This document shows, piece by piece, positions 40,327 to 52,414 of a DNA stretch of 64,000 nt; the stretch's first letter is position 1, and each line of letters opens with the position of its first letter. Under the pieces are notes generated by a model. It had not been told where the DNA came from. It did no database searches and saw nothing but the letters and a program-made list of their open reading frames with translations. The position numbers were made by a program, and so were the translations under genes. Location of the stretch: NCBI RefSeq assembly GCF_000497125.1, contig NC_090600.1, positions 1,199,197 through 1,263,196 on the forward strand, read 5' to 3'. Origin of the DNA: Spironucleus salmonicida (lineage: Eukaryota).

Positions 40327-41640
40327 ATGGAGCGGAGAAGGTACCCGACGCTCTACCAGCTCCCGGCGCGCCCCTTCCTGTACGAGCAGGGCCTGCGCGG
40401 TCTGGACGCGATACCCGACGGCTTCCTGGACTCCCTGGCGGCGCGCGGCTTCGACATGCTGTACCTCCTCGGCGCGTGGACGCTCGGGGCCGCCTCGCTC
40501 GCCTGCGACTTCCGGCCCGAGCGCCAGCGTGTGTACCGCGAGCTACTCCCGGACCTGCAGCCCGCCGACGTCATCGGCTCCCCCTTCGCGGTGGCGGCCT
40601 ACGTGGCGAACCCCGCCCTCGGCACGGACGCCGCGCTCCTCGGGCTCAAGCGGCGCCTCAACCAGCGCGGGATGCGGCTCGTGCTGGACTTCGTGCCGAA
40701 CCACGGGTCCCTCGAGTGCGCCGCGGCCTGCCCGGAGCTGTTCCTGCGGGGACCCTTCGGCTCGGCGACGGACCAGCACCCCTCGGGCGTCTTCTTCGGG
40801 AGGGACCGCTACCACATCTGGGGCGACACGGCCCAGTTCGACTTCACGCGGCCCGACACCCGCGCGGCCCGCGGCCTGGACCTGTTCAAGGTGGCCAGCC
40901 TGTGCGACGGCGTGCGCTGCGACATGGCGATGCTGCAGCTGCCCGACGTGCACCGGTCCATCTGGGGCACCGAGATCCCCGACTTCTGGCGCGACGCCAT
41001 CTCGGCGCTCCGGCGCACCTACCGCGACTTCGTCTTCCTCGCGGAGGCCTACTGGGACACCGAGGACGCGCTGGTGGAACGCGGCTTCGACTTCGTGTAC
41101 TGCAAGCGGCCGCTGGACACCTGCGGGGCCCTGCAGGACTGCTTCGCCCAGGGGCTGCGGTGCGGGCCCGCCTGCTGCCACTTCCTGGAGAACCACGACG
41201 AGGCCCGCATCGCGCGGTTCCACAACGCGCTCCCGGCGGCGGTGTAGTGCTACCTCCGGCCGGGGCTGCGCTTCTTCCAGCACGGGCAGCTCGAGGGGCG
41301 CCGGGGCAGGCTCGGGGTCCAGCTGCGGCGTGCGGTACCGGAGGCCGCGGACCCAGCGGTGCAGGAGTTCTACGCGGGCCTGCTGCGGCTGTTGCGCGAC
41401 AACGCCTTCCAGGGCGCCTTCACGCAGGCCGACGTGCACCGCTACGTCTTCTGCGGCCTCTGGACCGGGGCAGCGCGCCGCATCGTGCTGGCCAACCTGA
41501 GCGACCACGCCCTGCAGGTGGCCCTCGCGCCCGGCTGGCTGCAGGGGGCCGTCCGGCAGCTCCTCGGGCACCCCGCCCCGCCCATGGACGGCACCGTGCC
41601 GTTGGGGCCCTTCGCGTTCGCGGTGTACGCGGTAGAGTGA
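40327..41640 (+). CDS. GH13 alpha-amylase-like glycoside hydrolase, 437 aa (copy 2)
   Basis: MERRRYPTLYQL..., same GH13 motifs. TAG at 41245-41247 read as Gln joins ORF-track pieces 40273-41247 and 41359-41640. Confidence 0.88.
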
Positions 41641-41672
41641 GCCTGTATCGCCCTCCCTTCCACCTCTCCACC

Positions 41673-42428
41673 ATGGACCCCGGCGCGCTCTACTTTCTCC
41701 GCTACGCCCCCGAGGGCTTCCAGCTCTCCGGCGCCTCCAGGGACACCACCATCGACGTGTACGGCAAGGTGCTCGCGTCCCAGCCCTCGCTCGTCTCCGC
41801 CACCTCGCCCCTCTCCATCACCACGCAGACCGTGTGCCTCCGCGGCCGGTTCTACGCCGCGTGCGCCCACGAGCTCCTGGAGTTCTCCCCCGCCCCCAGC
41901 GTGCGCATGGGCCTGCGAAGACACGGCAACAACGCCCTCTTCCGCCACGGCCCGCGGCTCTGCTTCCTCGACCAGAAGGGCGCCGTGTTCGACGTGAGCG
42001 ACTTCGCGCTGTCCCCGCTCTGCGTGCTCCGGCCTGCCAGCCGCACGCTCGTGCACTCCGTCTTCGGCCGCACCTTCGCCTTCCTGGACGCCGCGCTCTT
42101 TGAGGTGCGCGACCTCCGCCTGGAGCCGTGCGCGATACAGCCGCTGCTCCCGCTCAAGTTCTCCAGCGTGAACCTGCTCATCGACGCCGATGACTGTGCG
42201 TTCGACCTCCTCACCCAGAAGGCCTACCCCGCCAAGGCCGACATCAACACCGACGACATGGCCGCCAACGCTATCCCGATGGAAATAGGCTGGGTGCTGC
42301 GGAAGGAGTGGTTCGACAGGCACTTCGATGGCGACTTCGACGAGATCCGCGGGGCCGGCAGCAGGGAGTTCCAGGACTTCTTCCGGCGCGAGTTCGAGGC
42401 CCTCAAGCGAGAAAATGGCGTGAAGTGA
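41673..42428 (+). CDS. Hypothetical protein, 251 aa (copy 2)
   Basis: As copy 1, with one aa difference (QKAYP vs QKTYP). Confidence 0.75.
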   Translation: MDPGALYFLRYAPEGFQLSGASRDTTIDVYGKVLASQPSLVSATSPLSITTQTVCLRGRFYAACAHELLEFSPAPSVRMGLRRHGNNALFRHGPRLCFLDQKGAVFDVSDFALSPLCVLRPASRTLVHSVFGRTFAFLDAALFEVRDLRLEPCAIQPLLPLKFSSVNLLIDADDCAFDLLTQKAYPAKADINTDDMAANAIPMEIGWVLRKEWFDRHFDGDFDEIRGAGSREFQDFFRREFEALKRENGVK

Positions 42429-42619
42429 GAATAGTAATATAATCTTCTAACCCCAATAAATTTGATAGTAGACTTAAAGCTAAGTTAATTATGTAAATTA
42501 GATATATTAATAAACTGATGTTGTTAACAGTCTATAATTATTCATATGTAAATCTACTGGATTAAATTTGTGATGATAAATATTATATATTGTATTATTA
42601 ATAACTAAAAGAATAAATA

Positions 42620-42841
42620 ATGACGGAAGCACTTTAAAAACAATAAAGTTAACTTATATAGCAGGCTACTGTATTATCTGCTTAACTAAATAGAGATTCT
42701 ATTACTGTTAAATAGTAGCTAAATAAAATTAACTAAGAACTCAATGAATTTCTTAAATACGCTAAATAACGTGTATTTGATGCAACTAATACACATAGAT
42801 AAATCTGTGATAATCTTATTAATGAAATTGAGAAATTATGA
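42620..42841 (+). CDS. Small helical hypothetical protein, 73 aa
   Basis: MTEALQKQQSQLIQQ...EIEKL-TGA. Confidence 0.45.
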
Positions 42842-42889
42842 AATTATAATTTATTTATGCTAAATATATTTATAAATATATTTTATATA

Positions 42890-43858
42890 ATGCTCAAAAC
42901 ATCAATATTTGATTATGACGTTTATTATCCGCGTCATAATTGGGCACATTCTAAACATTTAGCAAATTAACTCAGGTCTACGGGAAAAGTAACTCAACTA
43001 CCAGTTTCAGCCTTACTTTCTGAATCAAAAATAAAGTAAAAACAAGGCTCATTATTAGACTTCATTATTTTCTTTGAGATTTCACCTTAAGAATAGCAGT
43101 TTCTCCTAAAGCTATCACCTGTAGAAACCGCTATTGCTTGCAAAAATTATTAGTCAATGTATTCCTTAACAAATAAACTAAAAAATTCTTTGGAGGAGTA
43201 TGATGATTTAACCGATTTTTGTTTGGCTGCATTATAAAATAAGTCTGGTAATGTATAAAATCTCTTTATTAAACTATCAGAATTCATTAAAATTGTTTTT
43301 ACAATAATAGAATTGATTTAAAAATTACGAAATATATAATAATAACCTCTATTTTATGAAATTTACGATGGAATCATACAAAATGAAGTTTTTTCTGTTT
43401 AAAATGTTTTTTCTATATTTTAAATTTTCAGATAGTTTGCTGTTTTTAAAGTCGGTAATGACGATGCTATTTTAGATAGAATCTAGTAGGTCGGTGAAAA
43501 TTTTTAGACCAAAATGCTACTGGGTGTAGGAAAATTAGGAAGGTTGTTATATGTTGGAATTTTAAGAATACTGAGTTATTAAACAACATTTTAAAATTAT
43601 GGAAAATACTATTATGAGTTACTCTATAAAGAAGAAAAAACTTTATAGGTATTTTAAAACTAGAACAACATTCTAGAACAGAGTGGATATAAATAATTTA
43701 CCGTTAATATACGTGGAAAGATTGATATTTTAGATATTTATCCTCTTAAAACTTATAGAAATGATATACTTGATGACTAATTCGATATATATGATATGAA
43801 AAGTAGTAATATTAGATAATCAACCTTAGTTACAGAAGAATTTGACGATTTTGAATGA
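42890..43858 (+). CDS. Hypothetical protein, 322 aa
   Basis: MLKTSIFDYDVYYPRHNWAHSKHL... to in-frame TGA. Confidence 0.65.
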
Positions 43859-43866
43859 ATCAGTAA

Positions 43867-44730
43867 TCACTTCTCTTATTTAAACTTTTATTGTTATTAT
43901 TCTTTTAACTACTGAATATCTTAAAATAAATCTTTTATCAATCTTTGTGTTTCAGTTTAATCAGTTTATAGTAATTATTAAAGTTGATCTGCATTATTTT
44001 CTAAATGCAAATATTTATCTTTAAGGTTATTATACTTCTCCTTCATTTTTATTATTTTTCTATCTTTCTAGGCGATCTCTTTGCTTAAAGACTATATAAT
44101 AGACTATAAATTTTAAATTTTATCCGGGTCAACCATATTTTCTAATTCCTAATACTTAGTCTTAAGATTTATATTCTAAATTTCCAATTCCTTTGATAAT
44201 TATTAAGCAGTATGTACATATTCTTAAGGTTGCTACATTTATAGTGTATCTTATATATGTGATAATTATATCTAAAGCTTCTATTCACGTGCTAAAGAAT
44301 TTTAAAGTTCAGATTTCAACTAGTGACTATCTTAAACTTCTGATTCTGCTAGCCCTCCAAAAAGAGAATTTTATTTGACAATATTAACTTAAAGACAGTT
44401 TTATAGCTCTAAATTTTTACTTTTTAAATCTTTTATTTAAGATTGTTGCTATAACATCAAAGACCGCATTTCTTCTACTTCGGGCGATATCTTAACAGCT
44501 TAGCTCGTTTTTAATAATTTTTCTGTTTAAATAATAGGAATATTCTATTTCTATAAAATAATATTGGAAGCCGTTAATTTTTTATTTCTAGGTGAAGTAT
44601 ATTCAGACTAAGATGCACCAATTTCACGGATATGGGTTTTTAAATCAGTTAATAGATTTCTTTGTTGTTAAGATTAAATGAAATAAGTATCTATTTTAAT
44701 GTTATCTTTAGTTGCAAACGAATTTTTCAT
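43867..44730 (-). CDS. Hypothetical coiled-coil protein, 287 aa
   Basis: MKNSFATKDNIKID... to in-frame AAG TGA. Confidence 0.6.
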
Positions 44731-44791
44731 TGTAGATATGAAGCGGAATTTATGATTTATAATATATTATTATATTCAATAATTTTTTAAA

Positions 44792-45388
44792 ATGTCAAAA
44801 TTTTAAATCTCAAAAAATTCTGCATTTCTACCTAAATCTGAACAAATATAGTAGACTGAGAATCTTATAGAGGTAATTTTAGAAGTTTTAGATGATAACA
44901 ATAATTTATAAGATAGTATGCAACTAAGGTAATAAAAAATTGAGAATATTGATTTCCTTATTTCCAAAACATATATGATTATTGGTAAATTTTTCAGTTA
45001 AAAAGATATTAAAAGATTATTTGAAAATAAATTTGAAGCTTTTTCCCACTCACTTAATGATTTTTTATAAAATTAATTAGTAGCACTTGATATGACAATC
45101 AGTGAAATTAACGATATTGATTGTATTTAGCTTAAAAATTAATTTTAGGAGATTGCTGAAAATGTAGTTTATGGTAATCATATTTATCTATTTATATTGA
45201 TTAATATGTCAAATTCTGAATAGCTCTAAGTTTTTCAGTTTTTGGACAAGTCGTAATAAAGTAAAGTCAAATTTGCTGTAGTAAGTATTACAATGGCCAA
45301 CGATAAAATTGGACAATTGATGGCATCTGTTGAGTATTTAGTAGATGGTAAATAAAAGAGAAGCGTTTGGGATTACAGGACAGTGTGA
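44792..45388 (+). CDS. Hypothetical protein, 198 aa
   Basis: MSKFQISKNSAFLPK...VWDYRTV-TGA. Confidence 0.6.
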
Positions 45389-45402
45389 ATGATTTAATTC
45401 AA

Positions 45403-45717
45403 TCAATCATCTTCTATAGTTTCATCTAGTTGTGAGTAAAGACCTTACGAAGTAAGTACCTGTTAAGATTTAGGTGAGTGTGCTCCAGAAATTGTAAAAG
45501 TATCATCTAAAGGCATAAAGTTGTTTAATTGAAGGTATTATTTTGAATATTTCTTTACATCACGAATATCTGATGTATTTAGGTAATCTAATAGTGCTTT
45601 TTATGCATTACTTTAGGGTACCATTAGTTTATCATTCTCAATATTTTGAACTTTCACCTTAATATCAATTGTACTTGATCTTTTTACTTAAGATGATACT
45701 TTCAATATCTTTTTCAT
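45403..45717 (-). CDS. Small hypothetical protein, 104 aa
   Basis: MKKILKVSSQV...ETIEDD-TGA. Confidence 0.5.
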
Positions 45718-46002
45718 TCTTGGAAGATAGTTAGATATTACTTTATTATTAGAATATAATATAAGATAATAGAAACTAGAAACATCGAGTGAATTAAAAA
45801 CTATAATAACAATCAATTACATATATTTTCGGATTAATAAGATAACTATAATATAAAATAACTAAGAAACTATGTTGCTATATTAAAAATTATTTTAATT
45901 TACATATCTAGGGAGATGTTGTTTTAGAATTGATTACTAAAAATGAATGTATGTCAAAAGCCTTTTTTACAGTTACAAACTCTAAATATTAACAAATTTA
46001 AC

Positions 46003-46524
46003 TCATTTCTTAATTTTCAGCCATTCCTTATAAAAAGATAGGACCCCTTGTCTATCTGCAACACTAGCTTTATTCCACTTATCGCCCCAAGATGTTTTGT
46101 CACAATCCGCTTCGAACTTTTCATCTAAAATCTTACGAACTTTTGCAGATGCTGGAAGATAATCTGGAGCGAATTATCGCCTAAAACGCTTAATAAATGC
46201 CACGAAATAAAAGAGTTTTAAATTCTTTTCATCTAATTTCAGGTTTTTCGGCTCCTTCTTGGATTGCTTTTTCTCAGCTTTTTCTGCCTCTTCAGCAGCC
46301 TTTGCCTCAGGGTTTTATTCGTAAAATTTGATCAAATCTGTATTATACTGCTCACGTTGCTCAGTTGCCTTTTTGCTATAATCTTAGCGCTGCTCTTCTG
46401 TGAGGTCTTTCCAGCGTTAAGACATAGCCTTTGCCTATTCTCCTATTGAAAGATGAGAATATTGAGATCGAATTTCAGCCTAAAATAAGAAATATGATGT
46501 GGATGGCTTCTGGGGCCTTTACAT
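46003..46524 (-). CDS. HMG-box protein (likely two boxes), 173 aa
   Basis: MQRPQKPSTSYFLFQAEIR...KAMSQRWKDLTEEQRQDY. Confidence 0.85.
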
Positions 46525-46633
46525 TAATTTGAAGTGGAGTGGTTAAGATTAAAAAAATATATTGAAATATATATTAATTAAATATTTTCTTACTGTTCTC
46601 ATGACTGAATTTACTATTAGGATACATTTTAGT

Positions 46634-48157
46634 ATGGAAGAATAAACTTTAGATATAAACTAGTTATTAACAAATTAATTATAAATAATTTCGAATTCTG
46701 CAATATATTTTACGCCTATTCTTACTACCTAACAAATTTTATCAGAAGAGAAGATTATCTATCCGTGTACGGAAAGAATTGAGGGATTTGAAGAAATATA
46801 CGCCATTATACCACCATAGTTATCTAATTTATTATCAACAATCTCACCATAATAAACATTTATTCCATAAATTTAATTTGATATGATCGTAGAAAAAGCA
46901 GAAAATCAGTATTTACTTGCTCCGACATATGTCAGTCAAATAGAAAATAAATATTCAGTCTGCTTAAGAAATATACCATTTATTTTTACATATATTCCGG
47001 AATCTCCATTTTCGGCATTATATAAATCGGCTATGCGGTTACGGGTAGAAGATTTAAAGCCAGACATTTTATAGTCATATTTCTCTGGAGATTTTAGTTC
47101 AGATTATTACTATCCTCCTAGAATTCTTAGCTACAAATATAAAATGTTTCTTAAAAAAGAATTTTCTGACTCGATCTCAAGGTTAAATTAAATATTTCAT
47201 TTGGTGGAGCAAGATTTTATTTATCTGAAAAGTTAAGATACTTTACCTATTAACTCTAGGTTATATTTACCTTTTTATTCAAAAATAATGATTTTTAAAT
47301 AACTTCATATTTTTTAGTACATTAAAAAATAATATAAAATTTACGTTATCTTATCAAACCTATAGAAAGAAATCTACATAGATATGGATAATACATTAAC
47401 AGTTGAAAAATTTTACAGTGTATATCTGAATACAGTTTTATATAGATGTTATTATTATAATTTTCAAAGCCAGTATCAGTTAATTGATGAAAATTTGCAA
47501 ATAATAAATACAAATTTGCCTTAAACTTTTTATTTAAGGTAAATTTAAGCAGATAATCAGTCATTGTAAATGAAATAGATTAGGCTGGAAGTTGATATCA
47601 GTGTTTTAAAATGGTAAAAAATGCAATCCATATCTAATTTACCACAAAAAAATTGGAAATTCGATTTAAGAACATATTTAGTTTAATGTGATGAATCTTA
47701 ATTTAATCCGTAAATTTCATACAATGGACTTTGTAAGTATCGTGAAGTTCCTTTTGCTGAAGAATAGTTTTGTTTGACTGATTCAGAAAAAAATGATATA
47801 TTTACAGAATTTCATAATAAAAGATAATATAAACCGCAAAAATAAGCATATTTAAAAAATGCTTATGAAATTGAGTACATCGTGGCAAGAAAGCCTCTTC
47901 ATCAAAAATAAAGTAAATTTTATCCAAATATTCAGCATTAGTAGTTTTTAATTCATTGGGTGGGATATCGAATTCAAGATAGAACATGGGAACCAGAGGA
48001 AAATGTCCTTGAAAATTGCTGTGCAGTAATAGCATTTAATTAGGTGTTTGGTTAGCTTGATAAAAATTCAGTAAATGGATTACTTGATGAATAAAATTTA
48101 GAAGAAATTTAAGTTAACCTAGTAAAACTATAAGAAAAAATATATAATGAGCAGTGA
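46634..48157 (+). CDS. Hypothetical protein, 507 aa
   Basis: ATG 46634 to CAG TGA. ORF-track piece 46883 is in frame. Confidence 0.65.
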
Positions 48158-48361
48158 CTTATTATATATATCTTTAAAATTTTAGTAATAGTATATCTTT
48201 AACTAAACCTTTTATTGGTAAAGTAGTGTGATGGATTCTACATGACAGGAGAATACAATAATTATATAGTTTACTATAATATTAAAATATAAACATTCAA
48301 TTATTAAGAATTATGAGTAATTATTATTGTAATGACATTGATACTTTCTTTTAATAATATA

Positions 48362-48706
48362 ATGTAAAAAATTAACCGTAAGTACTCCTGTGGGATTCGA
48401 TCTTAGACTCATGTAGTACAGATACCGAGTATGATCCATATTTTACCTTAAAATAATATTGCTATTCCGCCTTTACCTAATAAAAATATAAATTAGTCTA
48501 GATAACTTAAAGGTCTTCTTGCTTAATTTGAGCAAGATTAAATTAAACACTTCACAATGCCATAGATAACATATCTTAACTTAGTGGATGATTAGAACGA
48601 TATATTTAATCTTTCAGGATCTGGTCGATCTATATTCAGTCCTAAATGTCAAGGATTTAAAAATAGTGTTGTAACTGATTTAAGTATAATTGAGGAAGAA
48701 TAGTGA
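48362..48706 (+). CDS. Small hypothetical protein, 114 aa
   Basis: MQKINRKYSCGIRSQ...IIEEEQ-TGA. Confidence 0.45.
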
Positions 48707-49122
48707 ATTTCTATAAATACGTTCACTGACATTAATATGATGTTACTTTTGATATACTATTTTGGCTACTTTGTTAATCGGTGATATTATGACTTAATGC
48801 AAAATTTCAATTAACACTATAACAATTAAGATAATTTTATTTAACTTTTTATTAATATGAATTTATATTTTAATTTACTTATTAAAGTCAATAGTCATTA
48901 GAAGTCGATACTAAGTAATTATCGAATTATTAACACTATTTCTTATTAAGAAGATTATACTACTTATAATAGTTAGCATTAATTCATTGAGTATCTCTAT
49001 TATAGACTTCAAAATTAAATAAGAGGAAAATTTTGATCCTTATATTTTTATTATGTTCTAATTTATATAATTATTATATCATAATAATAATATCAACTAC
49101 AACCTCATTCATACCGCCATAA

Positions 49123-50040
49123 ATGTCTCGTCGATCATCATTGCTATCTTCAGTTGTTTCAAACAACCCAAATACTGTGCCATCAGATGCAGTAGCTGAT
49201 AAATTACTCATTTCGCTCAAACAGAACCGCCCAACTTCAACAAAATCAAATATATCACTCCGAATCCCGTCCGCAAAATCTACTACTTCTACTAACCTTC
49301 CGACAAACCGGTCTATATCACAAATAGACTTTCCATAAAATACAGAATTAAAGGCCTATAAAATAAGCATTGAAATCTAGAACTCCAAAAATTAATTCGA
49401 CCAAAAAATTACAGAAACCGTTATATAGTCTCGTGGAACTGGAGATTCTGTACCATTTCATTTTGAAAAGTATCCAGAATTTTACGAAAACTACAAACCT
49501 AGTCTTCCTTTTAAGCAAAAGAAACTTGATGAAGATCGGAGAATTGCCGGCGAAAAAGTAATCAAGACGTTTAATTATAGATATCACTTAAACCATATGT
49601 AGCCTTAATAAAGAGCAATAAAGCCAGGATTTTCTGACTATAATAGTATTTTAACAGGTGAATTAAATACTGCTAGCGCAGATATAGCATTACGAGTATA
49701 AGAGCTGAAATTATAATAGGAAGGATACGATATGAAGATATTAAAACCCGAATAAAGGAAGCAAGTTATAGCTTTTGGAAGACCGAATATTTAACCACGA
49801 ACAATTTCAGATATGGTATAACTTCAAGAGGCAGAAAAGTTTTAGATGAAGCTCGAGTAAAGTGATATTTTGGGAGAGAAGATTAAGCATGGTAAAAACA
49901 TTGGCAAATATGCAAATAATGCATTTAGAAGAGGTGCAGCAAGTTAGATGAGCTAAAGTTAGTATTAAATCGAACAAACTGGGAGGGTTATTGGTCATGA
50001 TGAATTGGAACATTCTGTACCTCCTTAGAGACCATACTGA
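49123..50040 (+). CDS. Hypothetical protein, 305 aa
   Basis: MSRRSSLLSSVVSNNP... extends through TAA codons to TGA 50040. Confidence 0.7.
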
Positions 50041-50551
50041 ATTATTTGGTTGTTTTTTAGTGTATAACTTTATATTAAGGGTTAGAAGTTTATAAGTTTA
50101 ACATATTATGTGCATGAAATTTGATTTTTATAATTTAGAGATTATTTTATTTTTAGAAAGATCGATTAGACAATTAATATTTTATCTTAATAAATAGAAT
50201 TTTTTGCTTTTATCATTGTATAGCAATGAGGTATGCTATTTTAAATAATCATATACTAGTAGTATAATTTTGATAGTATTGTATTGAATATCAATTTTGG
50301 TGTCTATTGCATTATTATCTAGTATAAATATATATAATATTGTTTTTTAATCTACTTACTATGTGTTTCTTATTCATTAAAGACTTATATATAAGATACT
50401 TATGATGTATAGTTGACTGCAATTAATGATCAATTAATGTGCAAATTATCCCCATCAAACATACAGATTAAAAGTTAAATGAAACTATTTTTAGTTTCAG
50501 ATCATCTAATTATTATAACTGATAAATAAATAATTTATATTTTAAAGATTA

Positions 50552-51175
50552 ATGCCAAGTAAAGAAAACTCCGAATAAGCTCCATTAAGCTAGGTAAAAC
50601 CTGAATAAGATACTATTTCATCTGAATAATTACCTAATAAGAAATAATAAAATAATAAAAAGGTTGCATAAACCCTTAAAATTCCTATTCTTATTTTTAA
50701 TATTATCGGTACAGCATGCGTGTTTTCCCAAGGGATATGTAGTATTTTACGCTCTGTTGATGGTTTATAGTCTTCTAAACCGAAATTTTAGGATATCCAG
50801 ACGCTCATTATTTCCTTCTTCATCAGCGTGGCCGAGCTGTTTATATTCCTGGTCATCATTACCAAGAGAAAGCTCAGACTAAAATTGGAGAGCTGGTTCA
50901 CTCTCACCAAGAGTATCCATTCCTACTTCGTGGTGCAGATCCTGTTCTCGTTCATCTAGGGCCCGCAGGACATCTTCCCCTCGCCTGGCACCACCGTACT
51001 TCCCAATGTGTTCTACACCACCTACAACACCGCGCTATCCTATCTGCTGATAGCTGGATGGATCTGCAACACAGTAGCTTACCTGCTATACATGGTTGCC
51101 GCGGCGAACAGGAAGACGCAGTACAAGGCCGCAAAGAAGGCTGGGGCCGAGTCTGAGGTCATCCAGCTGTACTGA
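50552..51175 (+). CDS. Small multi-pass membrane protein (COPI-associated/TVP15-like architecture), 207 aa
   Basis: MPSKENSEQAP..., about four hydrophobic segments (IPILIFNIIGTAC, LIISFFISVAELFIFLVII, YFVVQILFSFI, LSYLLIAGWICNTVAYLLY). Confidence 0.65.
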
Positions 51176-51511
51176 GGTATGTTTTCACTTAGGAACTGCG
51201 CAAGGGTTTCCAGGTATCACGCTAGAGGCGAAATATGACTACGTGATCCCGACAACAGCGCCCGCAGAAATTTCATGGCACCCTGCATCTTTGCTGGCCT
51301 GGCTGCGCAACTCATGCCGCCCTCCTATATCGTACGCTGCCCTGCACTCGTCCACAATTTCCATCTGCCACCTGCCCACGCTATGCAATACCCTGCTGCG
51401 CTGCCAGGATGCTGCCACTTTCCGGGCAGGCGCCGCTCGCTGCCACCACAGCGTTAAACCTGGCCGGCCAGCTAATGCCCACACTAGGTGCCATACACTT
51501 ATCGTTACCAT

Positions 51512-51585
51512 GCTCCTGTGGCGTAATTGGATAGCGCACTTGACTACGGATCAAGGGGCTGCAAGTTCAAGTCTTGCCAGGTGCA
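51512..51585 (+). tRNA. tRNA-Arg(ACG), copy 1
   Basis: Cloverleaf: acceptor GCTCCTG/CAGGTGC, D-arm TGGCGTAATTGGATAGCGC, anticodon arm CTTGA-CTACGGA-TCAAG, T-arm GCAAG-TTCAAGT-CTTGC. Followed by a T5 tract. Confidence 0.93.
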
Positions 51586-52414
51586 AATTTTTCATCCGAG
51601 GATATGGTCTATCTAATAATAATGAGATGCAGTATTTACGCTTCTAGATGATATAGAGTCCTACATATCGATTCTTCGCTGTCCCTGAGTACAAGTGTCT
51701 CTAGTCATCCTATATAGGTAGTAAACACAGAGTGGTTCTAGTTTGTCAAAAACCAAAGAACACGCCGTTTAAAATGTCCAGTGTACTCCCTATAAAATCA
51801 CTTCTGGTTTTGGATGTTTAGTATTTTGGGGTTATATACTAAGAAGAATATTTTAAGTTGAAAGACATCGAAATTTATATTTTACTTTTATTTTAGTGCT
51901 TTTGCTGCTAACTGATAATTTATATTGCTTATGATATACATATTCTAAGCATATCTAACTAACTGTTTAAGATGATATTGTTATTAATATTACAGCAACA
52001 TGCTTTGATTCTTTATAGACTGAGACTATTAATTGACCAGTACGATGTATGAATTACCTTAGTTATTAATATTTCCATGCCAAAAAATTTAGTAAAATAA
52101 TAAATTTAAATTATTATATTTTCTGCTAATTTTAAAGTGCTTAAAATTCAAATTTCGCCCAATAATATTTATTCTCCTTCATAATCAGGAGCTGTTGTGA
52201 TTTCTGCAATTTTGCGATTCACAGTTCTCGCAGATACATTCCAAGTGCACCCCACGGTCATTTTTCTTCGTCGCCGAAACCAACCAAATATTATTTTCTG
52301 ACTTGCCGCGGTATCGCAGGCCACCCAAAATCTGGTTTTTTGCTAAGGAGACGCAGATTTGGCTTCCGCTCCATTTCCACAAAAACTCACTTTACGAACC
52401 TGCGAGCAACTAAA

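Larger units (their letters stand above)
40083..42428 (+). repeat. GC-rich inverted repeat, copy 2 (2346 bp)
   Basis: Reverse complement of 29291-31636. Identity stops immediately after the TGA at 42428. Confidence 0.95.

Noticed and set aside
41245-41247. Amylase as a pseudogene with a premature TAG
   Set aside because: TAG is Gln throughout this window, and the frame continues with GH13-like sequence to TGA 41640.
29291-42428. Composite transposon with long terminal inverted repeats
   Set aside because: No transposase or integrase, no target-site duplication seen at the outer edges, and the cargo is housekeeping genes.
51600-52400. Open frames between tRNA copy 1 and the KCS gene
   Set aside because: Could not decide strand or frame, and no recognisable protein.
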